Shown here piece by piece: positions 19,467-28,819 of a stretch of DNA of 64,000 nucleotides. A program made the translations under genes and the position numbers. The stretch spans positions 1 through 64,000 of the IMG/VR virus record IMGVR_UViG_3300042446_002147; one strand, given 5' to 3'. The number at the start of each line of letters is the position of its first letter. The stretch's first letter is position 1. This DNA comes from an uncultured virus (IMG/VR IMGVR_UViG_3300042446_002147) (taxonomy: Duplodnaviria; Heunggongvirae; Uroviricota; Caudoviricetes). A model generated the notes under the pieces. The model made no database searches. It was not told where the DNA came from and saw nothing but the letters and a program-made list of their open reading frames with translations.

Positions 19467-20339
19467 ATGAAATCAATTAAAAAATTAAACGAGTTTGGTT
19501 CTTTAAATGAAGGGATATTTTCTTCATTCTTTAAAGGCTTCGGTGGTACTCAAGGAAGAAGGGGTAAGCTTGAATCTTTACTAAAAGATATAAGAAAAGC
19601 TAGGGAAGAAGATGTTGATAGCGCTATTTCAATAGAAAAAGAAATCTGGAATATGCCTAAGGAGAATACTCCTGAATATAGATTCGCAATAACAAATCTT
19701 AATAGACAAGCTAGGACTTATGCTTCTTTAAAAGGCCAGGAGATTAATTCTTTAATTAAGAATGCTAACAATCTCATAGAAGATAATCCTAAATTACAAG
19801 CATTTTTTAGTGCAGAGCTTGCTAAGATAGAAAAGGAAACCACAGAAAAACTTATAAAGAATATAAAGCCTTATAAAGAAAAAACATATCTGGATCAATT
19901 AAGTGCTGAGTTTGATAGACTTGTACAGGATTCAAATAAAAAATCATCAGTATACGGAGAATTTGGAGAGGGCGACGATAGAGTACCTAAAATAACTGTA
20001 CCTGAAAAGGTTAGTAATGATGTTTTAACATTCCTAGATATGTCTCCACAAGAAGCTGCTTTGCATTGTAAAAATTTAAACGATAAAGATATTGGTAATT
20101 ATTACACACAAATAAAGTCTTTCTTTTATGATTTACAGTATAAGTATACTAGTGCAATAGATTCAGTAAGAGATTCAATTAAGAAAGCTCAGAAAGAAGG
20201 CCAAGATTGGATGATTCCTTCTTTTGATAAAGAAGAAATTAATATTAGATATTATATGAAAAAACCTATGGACAGGTTAAGAAATAGAATATCTACAATA
20301 GAAAAAGAAATGAAAAGTAGAAAGCATGGCTCTTATTAA
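19467..20339 (+). CDS. Putative internal head protein (helical)
   Basis: Likely start MKSIKKLNEFGSLNE-GIFSSFF, 1 nt after the upstream stop. Confidence 0.6.
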   Translation: MKSIKKLNEFGSLNEGIFSSFFKGFGGTQGRRGKLESLLKDIRKAREEDVDSAISIEKEIWNMPKENTPEYRFAITNLNRQARTYASLKGQEINSLIKNANNLIEDNPKLQAFFSAELAKIEKETTEKLIKNIKPYKEKTYLDQLSAEFDRLVQDSNKKSSVYGEFGEGDDRVPKITVPEKVSNDVLTFLDMSPQEAALHCKNLNDKDIGNYYTQIKSFFYDLQYKYTSAIDSVRDSIKKAQKEGQDWMIPSFDKEEINIRYYMKKPMDRLRNRISTIEKEMKSRKHGSY

Positions 20340-20610
20340 ATTAAAGAATTTTGTTACAGAACAAGAATCTGCTCAACAAAAAGGTAAAGATCTACAGGTT
20401 AAAACCACTGCAGAAAAAGAGATGCTAGAGATTAATAAAAAGATTTCTGAAATAGATCTTGCAATAGCAAATCTTATAAAAAGAGAACAAGACGGTACTC
20501 TTAAAAAAAGTGATTCTATTAGCCAGCAAGCATTAGAGTTACAGAAGAAGGTTGCAGAAATGCAAAAGAAATCAGTAGCACAGAAAAAGATGGAAAGTCT
20601 TGAAAAATAA
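20326..20610 (+). CDS. Small coiled-coil putative head protein
   Basis: MALIKLKNFVTEQ N-terminus; heptad-like pattern. Confidence 0.55.
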   Translation: MALIKLKNFVTEQESAQQKGKDLQVKTTAEKEMLEINKKISEIDLAIANLIKREQDGTLKKSDSISQQALELQKKVAEMQKKSVAQKKMESLEK

Positions 20611-20633
20611 GATATATAAATAAAAATTATAAA

Positions 20634-21167
20634 ATGAGAAATCAATACTTAGGATATAATCCAGTTTTTGAATCACTATCACAACAAGCTAGGAAATATA
20701 CAAATGTTCATATTAATGAAGATGCAATTGCATACGAAGGTGAAAAATCACAAAAGTATTTAAAGCTTATAATAGATAATATTAGTAGCAGAATAATTAC
20801 ATTCACTGCTTCTATACCAGAAAAAAAATTAAGGGATTCAGTATTAGCTATAATAGATCAGGGTTACAAAACTCTATCAACTTCAGCTCCTGCTAATTTA
20901 GATGCTTTAATAGCTTCTATGAGGGGTTTATTTGACGAAGCTTATACAGAAGTTGGCGGTTCTTCTTCTAAGGATAAATTAGTTCCTATTTACGATAAAG
21001 TAAAAGAGGGAATGGAATTATTAATGAAGGCTTATGAAAATTTAAAGAAAAAATACCCTTCGGAAATGAGTCAACCAGCATCTTTAACGAATTGTATTGG
21101 TTATTTAAAATCTTCTATAACTAGCTTTAATACTACATTAGAAGAACTAAAGAAAAAAGCAGTATAA
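20634..21167 (+). CDS. Putative internal head protein
   Basis: GATATATA at 20611-20618; N-terminal NPVFESLS resembles NPIFESMS of the 12090 protein. Confidence 0.55.
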   Translation: MRNQYLGYNPVFESLSQQARKYTNVHINEDAIAYEGEKSQKYLKLIIDNISSRIITFTASIPEKKLRDSVLAIIDQGYKTLSTSAPANLDALIASMRGLFDEAYTEVGGSSSKDKLVPIYDKVKEGMELLMKAYENLKKKYPSEMSQPASLTNCIGYLKSSITSFNTTLEELKKKAV

Positions 21168-21193
21168 AAAAATAATATTAAATAAAAAATAAA

Positions 21194-23140
21194 ATGCTAA
21201 GCAAAAAATTTATATCATTACTCGAAAGCATGAAATCACCTCATAATGAAATGTATGAGGACAGAGATGAAAGAGTAGAAAGAAGAGAGGAAAGAAGAAG
21301 AGAGCGAAGAGAAGATAAATTCGGAGTATCTACTAGTAGCACTGACGGTACTACTACAGAGGTCGAAGGGGATACAGATTTTAAAATTAGACCTTTTATT
21401 AGAGCAGTTGATCAATTAAAATCTCAAGTTCAATCTGAAATTTTTAATATTGATCAGACAATAAAAAACAGAGAATCTGGATCACAAAGTGCTTCCACTT
21501 ATAAAACAAAATTTAATGCTATTTTAGAAATAATTTTAAAAATTGTTTCTAAGGTTGATCTAATAAAAGATAAGGAAGGAAGAAATCTTGAAGCAAATGA
21601 TTTAGCTGAAATTAAAATCTTTAGAGGTCTTTATACTACAGCTTCTAATGATTTTCTTGCTGCACAGAAAGAATGGTCAGAAAAAAAATTAGAGGCTGAT
21701 ACTAAATATCTTTCAGATCTTAAAGACACAGACACCAATAACTTTATTATTGGTGCTAATAAAGCATTTGACGAAGCTAAAGCTATGTTAAACGATCTTA
21801 TAAGAAATTCTCAATCCGCAGGATCTAGTGGATCTTCAGGATCTTCAGGAACATCAGGATCAACAGATATTGCAACAGGCGACACAATTAAAGGCGGTAA
21901 ATACGCTAAAGATTCTAAAGAAGGTAAGATAGTTATAGCGGTTAAGAAAACTATCTATACTAAATTTAAAAAATATAAATCGTTATCTGATACTAATGAC
22001 TGGAAGGTGGTTTATAAAGCTGGTGTAGATAATGTATCTGGTACTTTATTAGCTAACACACAGGCAGTAATAAAATTAGTAAAATTAGGACTTGCTACTA
22101 AAGAGGCACCAGAATTAAAATCAGACAAAACAGGTGATATTACTCCAGCATTTATTGCTGCAATAAATAAGATATCAGAGGGTAAAGAAAATACATCCGG
22201 TAGATTAATAACATTCGAAAATTTTATTAAAAATAAAATAAACGAACAATTTGACGAGGAAGCGGTAAAAACTTCTATAGCTAGTGGAAGTAGTTCATCT
22301 TCTTCTTCTAATAATTCAGGAAGTAATACCAAACCTAAAACAGAGAAACCTAAAGTTCCCACACAAGAATATAATTCAACAGGTTTTGATAATGAGACAG
22401 ATGGAAATGAATTCAGAGCATGGGTTATTAAAACACATAAAGAATGGGCAGAAACTAATGATTTATGGGCTCAAGGACCTAAAGATAACAGACTCATAAG
22501 AAAAGCTTTTAGTCAATTTGGAGCAGATTATGCTAAAACTAAAGAGGCACCAGCAGAGGTTAAAACTGTAGCAAAATTAACTCTTTCTCAATTGCAGCAA
22601 ATAGTAACATCAATAAAAGCAAGCGGAGCTAAGGCAGAAATAAAAGTAACAACTGAAGAGGGAAATCCTTATGTCTTTTGGTGGAGAGGAAAAGAATATG
22701 GTCATATATTTACTAATTTTAGACTTACGTTTGTTTCTTCTTCAGGAAAGAAATTTAATGGAACATATGCTACAGGGGGAAATATTAAATTTGATAACGG
22801 AAAAACCATTACACTTAAAGATTTTGTATTAGGAAACGCATCATTTAAAATCTCTGGCGAAAAACCTGAAGTTGCTCAATCCAAGAAAGCTTTTGTTGCT
22901 AGTTCAGGAGATGGTTATGTTAACGTGAGATCTGGAGCATTCGCAGATACCAAAGGAGGAAACGCGAACTTAATCTATAAGCATACCGATAAGTCTAAGC
23001 AAATAGGTGTAGTTGTATCTAGTCAAGTAACTAAAAGCTCTAAAATTGGAGACAAGACTTGGTACAAAGTACAATTTCCTACAAAAATGTCAGGGCAGGA
23101 ATTCGGATACGTTAGATCTGACACTGTTGATCTAAAATAA
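21194..23140 (+). CDS. Multidomain putative virion protein with C-terminal SH3b-like domain
   Basis: GYVNVRSGA...WYKV...GYVRSD; internal GSSGSSGSSGTSGS; internal RLITFENF..INE motif. Confidence 0.6.
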   Translation: MLSKKFISLLESMKSPHNEMYEDRDERVERREERRRERREDKFGVSTSSTDGTTTEVEGDTDFKIRPFIRAVDQLKSQVQSEIFNIDQTIKNRESGSQSASTYKTKFNAILEIILKIVSKVDLIKDKEGRNLEANDLAEIKIFRGLYTTASNDFLAAQKEWSEKKLEADTKYLSDLKDTDTNNFIIGANKAFDEAKAMLNDLIRNSQSAGSSGSSGSSGTSGSTDIATGDTIKGGKYAKDSKEGKIVIAVKKTIYTKFKKYKSLSDTNDWKVVYKAGVDNVSGTLLANTQAVIKLVKLGLATKEAPELKSDKTGDITPAFIAAINKISEGKENTSGRLITFENFIKNKINEQFDEEAVKTSIASGSSSSSSSNNSGSNTKPKTEKPKVPTQEYNSTGFDNETDGNEFRAWVIKTHKEWAETNDLWAQGPKDNRLIRKAFSQFGADYAKTKEAPAEVKTVAKLTLSQLQQIVTSIKASGAKAEIKVTTEEGNPYVFWWRGKEYGHIFTNFRLTFVSSSGKKFNGTYATGGNIKFDNGKTITLKDFVLGNASFKISGEKPEVAQSKKAFVASSGDGYVNVRSGAFADTKGGNANLIYKHTDKSKQIGVVVSSQVTKSSKIGDKTWYKVQFPTKMSGQEFGYVRSDTVDLK

Positions 23141-23185
23141 TCGAAATTTTACTTATATTTGGGGTATAATCATAAACAAAAGATT

Positions 23186-23722
23186 ATGCCCCTTATTATT
23201 GTAGAAGGTTCTAGAAAATCTGGTAAGTCTTATCTTATATCAAAGCAGACTGATTTTCCTGTTTTCAAATTTGATTTTAATTCTAATTTCTCAACATGGG
23301 ATTTTGGTAAACAATCAGAAGATATTCATTGGTTTGGTCTAGGGAAAGAAGTTATGCTTCACGAATTAAACTCGTCCGGATTTCTAGAAGAAATGGTAGT
23401 TGATAGAGGAATATTAACAAACTCTGTCTGGGGTGTATTTCAAGGAAGAGTCACAAAGACCCAAGCAGAACAAGATCTTATAAATTTTCATAAACGAGGT
23501 CTATTTAAAAATGTAAGAATCTTAGTAGTCGAAGGAGAATGGAATCAATCAAGAACTAAAGATATTTGGGATAATGACGACTCTAGAGCAGAAGAAGAAA
23601 GGGTTCTTTTTAGATCGTTTTCTTTGCTTCTAAAGGACTTAGGAGTAGACATAAGGTCTTTCACTAATAACTTTGATTTGGAGTCAGTAGTACGCTTTAA
23701 AAACGAAATTAGAAAGAATTAA
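23186..23722 (+). CDS. P-loop nucleotide monophosphate kinase-like protein (thymidylate kinase-like)
   Basis: IIVEGSRKSGKS Walker A and VVDRG motif. Start placed after GAAAT-N17-TATAAT (23143-23170). Confidence 0.7.
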   Translation: MPLIIVEGSRKSGKSYLISKQTDFPVFKFDFNSNFSTWDFGKQSEDIHWFGLGKEVMLHELNSSGFLEEMVVDRGILTNSVWGVFQGRVTKTQAEQDLINFHKRGLFKNVRILVVEGEWNQSRTKDIWDNDDSRAEEERVLFRSFSLLLKDLGVDIRSFTNNFDLESVVRFKNEIRKN

Positions 23723-23724
23723 AT

Positions 23725-25137
23725 ATGTGTGGAATTTTAGTAGCAAAAAGACCAAGTGAGCAAAGAATATTATCCATAGCTCACAGAGGAATAGAACACA
23801 GTACAGTTTATAAAGACGACTTATGCCTAGTACACCACAGACTACCAATTCAAACAGTAGATGGTGATAGTTGGTCACAGCCAATACAAATTGGAGAAGA
23901 CCGATGGTTATTGTTCAATGGAGAGATCTTTAATTACGGAGATTTTGAATCTGACACAGCATATTTACAAAATCTATTCAGTTCTTTTAATTTTGGAAGT
24001 GTTGGTATGCTACAAGCTTTATTTGAACCACATATTGTTGCATGGGATGGCTTTTGGGCTATAACATTAGTTGACACTAAGAAAAGAGAAATATTTGCTT
24101 TCACAGATCCATTAGGAAAAAAATCCCTATACAGAAACGATTCGGGGGAAATATGTTCAGAAATAAAAGGACTATTTGAACCAGGAGAGAATTTACAGAT
24201 TGACGAATCATTTTTTAGTGGTGTTGTAAAATTTGGATATCTTCCTAATGCACAGACACCTATAGCAAATGTTAAAAAATTAGAACCAAATAGATTCTAC
24301 AGATGGAGTTTAGATCATCCAATAAAAGTGGAGGTTTCAGATCCTTATTATAATTTTCATTATTTTGATGCGGGACTAAGAACATATGATGATCGATGTG
24401 ATTGGCTTTTTGAAAAGATGGAAAAATCTGTAGGAGCTAGACTACTATCCAAAAACTACCCTACATCTCTACTTTTATCAGGCGGATTAGATTCTGCAAT
24501 AATTGCGGGGCTTTTATTAAAGCTAGATGCTGATGTTGATTTCTATTCTATTTCTAATGGAGAAGATGAGAAGTATGTAAAAGATTGTGAGTACTACTGG
24601 GATATAGAATCTAAAAGGCTGAACTATTCAATTGATTTAGAAAGTGAAGAAGGTCAAAAAAATCTGAAAGAGATCTATAAAAAATGGAATGAATCACCAG
24701 TTGATATGGGTAGTGTGGTTCCTCAATATCATTTATTTGATGCTATCAAAAAAGGATCTAATACGAGGATTGTAATATCTGGGGATGGAGCAGATGAATT
24801 ATTTGGAGGATATAGAAGAATTAATGAATATGATTCACAGCAATCTGATATCTTTCACGAATTATCTTATTATCATTTACCAAGACTAGATAAGTTATCT
24901 ATGGCTCATACACTAGAATTAAGAAGTCCTTTCTTAAATCATGATATTGTGAGATTTGCTTTGAGTCTTCCTTTTGAAGAAAGAAAGAATAAGAAAATTC
25001 TTAAAGACACATTCAAAGGACTAGTACCAGATTCAGTTATAGAAAGAAGCAAATTAGCTCTTAAGAATACAAAGATTGTTGAGAATCAAATAGAATACAG
25101 AAAAGATATAGTTAAATTATATCTAGGAGATTTATAA
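23725..25137 (+). CDS. asnB: Asparagine synthetase B-like glutamine amidotransferase
   Basis: MCGI N-terminal nucleophile, HRG, FNGEIFN, LLSGGLDS, SGDGADELFGGY, LELRSPFL. Confidence 0.88.
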   Translation: MCGILVAKRPSEQRILSIAHRGIEHSTVYKDDLCLVHHRLPIQTVDGDSWSQPIQIGEDRWLLFNGEIFNYGDFESDTAYLQNLFSSFNFGSVGMLQALFEPHIVAWDGFWAITLVDTKKREIFAFTDPLGKKSLYRNDSGEICSEIKGLFEPGENLQIDESFFSGVVKFGYLPNAQTPIANVKKLEPNRFYRWSLDHPIKVEVSDPYYNFHYFDAGLRTYDDRCDWLFEKMEKSVGARLLSKNYPTSLLLSGGLDSAIIAGLLLKLDADVDFYSISNGEDEKYVKDCEYYWDIESKRLNYSIDLESEEGQKNLKEIYKKWNESPVDMGSVVPQYHLFDAIKKGSNTRIVISGDGADELFGGYRRINEYDSQQSDIFHELSYYHLPRLDKLSMAHTLELRSPFLNHDIVRFALSLPFEERKNKKILKDTFKGLVPDSVIERSKLALKNTKIVENQIEYRKDIVKLYLGDL

Positions 25138-26628
25138 AACTTCTTCTTCGCTATTTCCGTTAGCTTTTATCACTTTAACACCTGCTATTGGATCTCCTTT
25201 AGCATCTTTAGGTGAATAACCTTTAGGTCTATCACTAATAACAAAATCTTCAGAAGGATCTACAATAAGACCAGCAGAACTTAAGAAATCTCTATTAAGT
25301 AATAAAGGTGTACTTTTTTCTGTTCTATCTACTAATGAGAATTTAACTTTCTTGTAAACTATACCATTAAAATCAACATCAAGATTAACTACAGATCTGT
25401 GGTGTATTTTTTCACCTACCTCTGCTCTAGATTGACCTATAATTTTATTTACAAATTCTTGATTTCCTAATTTCCAGTGTACGCTTCCGTCTGTTTCTTC
25501 AATAGAGTCAGCGTGTAAAGAACAAGAGTTAGCTCCATTTCCTGTATCAAGTTTACCAACAAAAGTACCAACCCCTGAAATAGTAACCATCTCTCTAAAT
25601 CCTGCAATTTTTTTAGGTTTAACCCAATTCTTTTTATCTAATAAGAAATCCAATACCATATCAGTTACTGGTATATTCGTTGTTTTTTCTATTCCTGTAG
25701 TACCTGGGGAAGCGTTAACTTCAAGTACATAAGGTTTATTTTCTCTGTTTTTTTCTACAATAATATCTACTCCACACCATAGACATCCAGTAGCTTTTGC
25801 TGATTCAATTGCTATTCTTTCAATCTCCGGAGAAAGCTCTACTGTTTCTGTGTCACCACCTAGTGAGAAGTTAGTTCTAAAATCACCTTCAATTTTGATT
25901 CTTTTCATTGCTGCAATGACTTTGTACTCTCTTCCAGACATACCATCAGATTCAGCAATTACATGTATTCTAAGGTCGTATTCAGCATCAATCTTTTCTT
26001 GTAAAACAATCTCAGTATCTGGTGACAAATACCATAATGCTTGAAGGGTAGATACCAATGAAGGTCTTGAATCTATCATAAAAACTCCGATACCTTTAGT
26101 ACCTGATAGGAATTTACAGACAACTGGATAAGTTCCACCAACATCTTCTAAAGCTTTATCTATATCAGCCTCTGATGATATAAGAGCAGTCTTAGGAACA
26201 GGTATTTTTGCTAATTGTAATTTTCTAGTGGTTTGTAATTTATCTTCACACATGATAACAGAATCATAGGAGTTCACACACGGAAATCCTAAATCTTCCA
26301 TTTTCTTAAAAAATCCTTTAGCTGCATTGTTTTTTATAGCAGATCTTCTTGTAAGAACCACCGTTCTATCTAAATAAATTTCTTGTTGTTTTCCTCCTCT
26401 ACTTGATATTAAAAAAGTTCCTTTAGTTGTTTTTTGTATAGATCCTTTTTCTGTGTCTATAATTATACACCTAACCCCTCTTTCTTCACAGATTTTCATT
26501 ATTTTATCTGTGCTTGGTGCATTTTTTAAACTCCTACCTAACTTTGTGGTAAGGATTACTACTGTCAAGGGCCTTTCTTTTCCTTTTACGCCTTTAAAAA
26601 CAAACTTTTCTAATAGAGGGATATCCAT
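25132..26628 (-). CDS. rimK: RimK-family ATP-grasp ligase fused to a RimK-associated retropepsin-like protease domain
   Basis: DKLQT, PVPKT, GTKGIGV, LQEKI, DLRIHV, FRTNFSLGG, GVDI, LEVNASPG; C-terminal KLDTGN..SLHA..DR..LLLNR. Confidence 0.85.
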   Translation of the reverse strand: MDIPLLEKFVFKGVKGKERPLTVVILTTKLGRSLKNAPSTDKIMKICEERGVRCIIIDTEKGSIQKTTKGTFLISSRGGKQQEIYLDRTVVLTRRSAIKNNAAKGFFKKMEDLGFPCVNSYDSVIMCEDKLQTTRKLQLAKIPVPKTALISSEADIDKALEDVGGTYPVVCKFLSGTKGIGVFMIDSRPSLVSTLQALWYLSPDTEIVLQEKIDAEYDLRIHVIAESDGMSGREYKVIAAMKRIKIEGDFRTNFSLGGDTETVELSPEIERIAIESAKATGCLWCGVDIIVEKNRENKPYVLEVNASPGTTGIEKTTNIPVTDMVLDFLLDKKNWVKPKKIAGFREMVTISGVGTFVGKLDTGNGANSCSLHADSIEETDGSVHWKLGNQEFVNKIIGQSRAEVGEKIHHRSVVNLDVDFNGIVYKKVKFSLVDRTEKSTPLLLNRDFLSSAGLIVDPSEDFVISDRPKGYSPKDAKGDPIAGVKVIKANGNSEEEVL

Positions 26629-26644
26629 ACCAATATATATCTGT

Positions 26645-26680
26645 GGAAAAAGAAAAAGCCCAGATTATAATCTAGGCTTT
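26645..26680 (-). terminator. Intrinsic terminator after the acidic-protein operon
   Basis: Minus strand reads aaagcctagatt-at-aatctgggcttt followed by ttctttt. Confidence 0.7.
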
Positions 26681-26703
26681 GTATCTTTTATTATTTAATG
26701 TGA

Positions 26704-27360
26704 TTAATTAAAGAAATTATCGAATCTTATAACCTTCTCCGAAGTATCATCCTCTTCCTCTTCTAAATCCGATTCGTCCTCTTCTTCAGTGTCATCTTCG
26801 TCATCTTCTTCAGTGTCATCTTCGTCATCTTCTTCTTCGTCTTCTGCTTCGATATCGTCCTCGTCAGATTCTTCTTCGTCTTCTACTTCAATTTCGTCCT
26901 CGTCAGATTCTTCTTCGTCTTCGTCGGATTCTTCCTCGTCTTCGTCAGATTCTTCTTCGTCCTCTTCATATTCTTCTTCGTCCTCTTCAGATTCTTCTTC
27001 GTCAGATTCTTCTTCGTCAGATTCTTCTTCGTCTTCGTCAGATTCTTCTTCGTCTTCGTCAGATTCTTCTTCGTCAGATTCTTCTTCTTCGTCCGATTCT
27101 TCTTCTTCGTCAGATTCTTCTTCGTCAGATTCTTCTTCGTCCTCGTCAGATTCTTCTTCTTCGTCAGATTCTTCTTCGTCAGATTCTTCAGTATCTAGAT
27201 CGTCTAGGTCCTCGTCTTCTTCGTCAGATTCTTCTTCGTCCTCATCAGTTTCTTCTTCCTCCTCTTCTTCTATTTCAGAATCTTGCCAAAAATCATTTTT
27301 TGGCATTTCAGAAGGTTTTCTTGAGTTAAACTCTTCGAATGATAATATTTTTTTATCCAT
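26704..27360 (-). CDS. Extremely acidic low-complexity protein (EEESD/EDEEESD repeats)
   Basis: ATG start, co-oriented with neighbours, followed by a terminator; non-repetitive ends MDKKILSFEEF and KVIRFDNFFN. Confidence 0.8.
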   Translation of the reverse strand: MDKKILSFEEFNSRKPSEMPKNDFWQDSEIEEEEEEETDEDEEESDEEDEDLDDLDTEESDEEESDEEEESDEDEEESDEEESDEEEESDEEEESDEEESDEDEEESDEDEEESDEEESDEEESEEDEEEYEEDEEESDEDEEESDEDEEESDEDEIEVEDEEESDEDDIEAEDEEEDDEDDTEEDDEDDTEEEDESDLEEEEDDTSEKVIRFDNFFN

Positions 27361-27372
27361 TTTTTTTGTTTT

Positions 27373-27624
27373 TTATTCAGTTACACCTATAGAAGCTCCG
27401 CTTCCTGATTCTGTTGCTCCGTAACCAGGATAATCTATTTTAGAAAATCCATTAAAGATTGCGTCTTTATAGCCAACATAATCATAAGCAGATTCTGGTT
27501 TTATTTTATGTAATCCAGTTCTGTCTTCTTTACTAAGATTCTCTGGGTTCCAAGGATCATTAGCCACTTTCATAAAGTCTTTATAGCTAAGTACTTCTCT
27601 TTTTTTTACGTTCTTCTGATTCAT
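27373..27624 (-). CDS. Hypothetical protein (putative head protein)
   Basis: 83 aa with EVLSYKDF motif; tight operon spacing. Confidence 0.6.
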   Translation of the reverse strand: MNQKNVKKREVLSYKDFMKVANDPWNPENLSKEDRTGLHKIKPESAYDYVGYKDAIFNGFSKIDYPGYGATESGSGASIGVTE

Positions 27625-27625
27625 A

Positions 27626-28348
27626 TTAATTAGCGAAATTTAAAATACTTGTTAGTCCACTTTTAGCAGCTTTAGTGAATATATTAGGATCTTTATTTTC
27701 TGCTCCTTGTATTTCTGATGCTATCTTTTGTTTATCTACATCCGTAACATTTTTACCACTTATAACATCTCCAAGATTGAATCCACAAATTTTATCTCCA
27801 ATCATAGTTTCAATATTGTTCATGAATGCTGTGTTGTTAGCTGCATTAGTTAAAGCCTCTCTTAGTCCTGCTGCTATAGTTGCTCCCATTCCACTTTGCA
27901 TATCCATTTTTAAACCTAATCTAGGTAATAAATATTCTATTCCTCTTTCTTGTAATGTTTCAGAAAGACCCTCTACAACTGCTTTTGACCAGAACTTACA
28001 AGATCCTTTACCAAAATAACTACCAAGATCTGTGAAATGCACCTGCTCAATAATGTTTCGTATTACTTGATAAAAGAATGTTGGTTGTCCCATTTCATCG
28101 AATGCTTCAATACCAAGTTTTTCTGTTGCCCAGTCAATAACATAATCTTTAAAAGTATCTGTAAAACCACCTCCTAATGATCCTAAAAATGAAGCAAAAA
28201 TATTTTCATTTATTTGTTCTTCATTTAATCCCTCGGACTTAAGTTTAAGGTATTCATTTTCTAAAAGTGACATTTCATTACTGTATGATACATTTAATGA
28301 AGCATTTTTAGATTCTGCCAGAAATTGTGAATATTTACGAATAGTCAT
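27626..28348 (-). CDS. Putative internal head protein
   Basis: MTIRKYSQFLAE N-terminus; LLE/LNE/INE sites; GATATATA on the minus strand at 28367-28374. Confidence 0.65.
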   Translation of the reverse strand: MTIRKYSQFLAESKNASLNVSYSNEMSLLENEYLKLKSEGLNEEQINENIFASFLGSLGGGFTDTFKDYVIDWATEKLGIEAFDEMGQPTFFYQVIRNIIEQVHFTDLGSYFGKGSCKFWSKAVVEGLSETLQERGIEYLLPRLGLKMDMQSGMGATIAAGLREALTNAANNTAFMNNIETMIGDKICGFNLGDVISGKNVTDVDKQKIASEIQGAENKDPNIFTKAAKSGLTSILNFAN

Positions 28349-28408
28349 TTTAATCTACTTTTAATGTATATATCATTTTACCTGTGGGAATCTGATATAT
28401 ATGTAGTA

Positions 28409-28819
28409 ATGGCAAGAATTTTAAAGATAGACAATTTTACAGATGCTTTTCCCAGCTTTTATGGATTAGAAGGAGATGGTGCTTGTTATAGTGTTACTAA
28501 TCCATTTTCAGTGGATATTTTAATATCCTATGATGTTAAAGGTAAAATAGGTGATATAGATTACTTGGAGCCAACTTGGACACAATACCAATGTCAAGAA
28601 GGAGATCTTATAACATGTAACAAAAACGGATGTTATATAGAACCAAAGGCTTCTGAATATTTTGTTGAATGTATGCCTAACGATAAAACCAAACCAGGAG
28701 AGCCAAGCTTTGATAAATTCCCAGTGGAATCTTTAAAAAAAATAGGCATCGATTTAATAAATTCACAATCTATGGGATTTGAAGAAAGAAAGAAAATAAC
28801 ACTTACATCGGGATTATGA
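28409..28819 (+). CDS. Hypothetical protein
   Basis: Likely start MARILKIDNF, just downstream of GATATATA (28394-28401). Confidence 0.6.
   Translation: MARILKIDNFTDAFPSFYGLEGDGACYSVTNPFSVDILISYDVKGKIGDIDYLEPTWTQYQCQEGDLITCNKNGCYIEPKASEYFVECMPNDKTKPGEPSFDKFPVESLKKIGIDLINSQSMGFEERKKITLTSGL

Noticed and set aside
26789..27424. 211-aa poly-Ser ORF on the plus strand (tempting glycosylation substrate)
   Set aside because: Antisense shadow of GAA/GAC codons; the minus-strand ORF has the ATG, operon context, terminator and conserved-looking termini.
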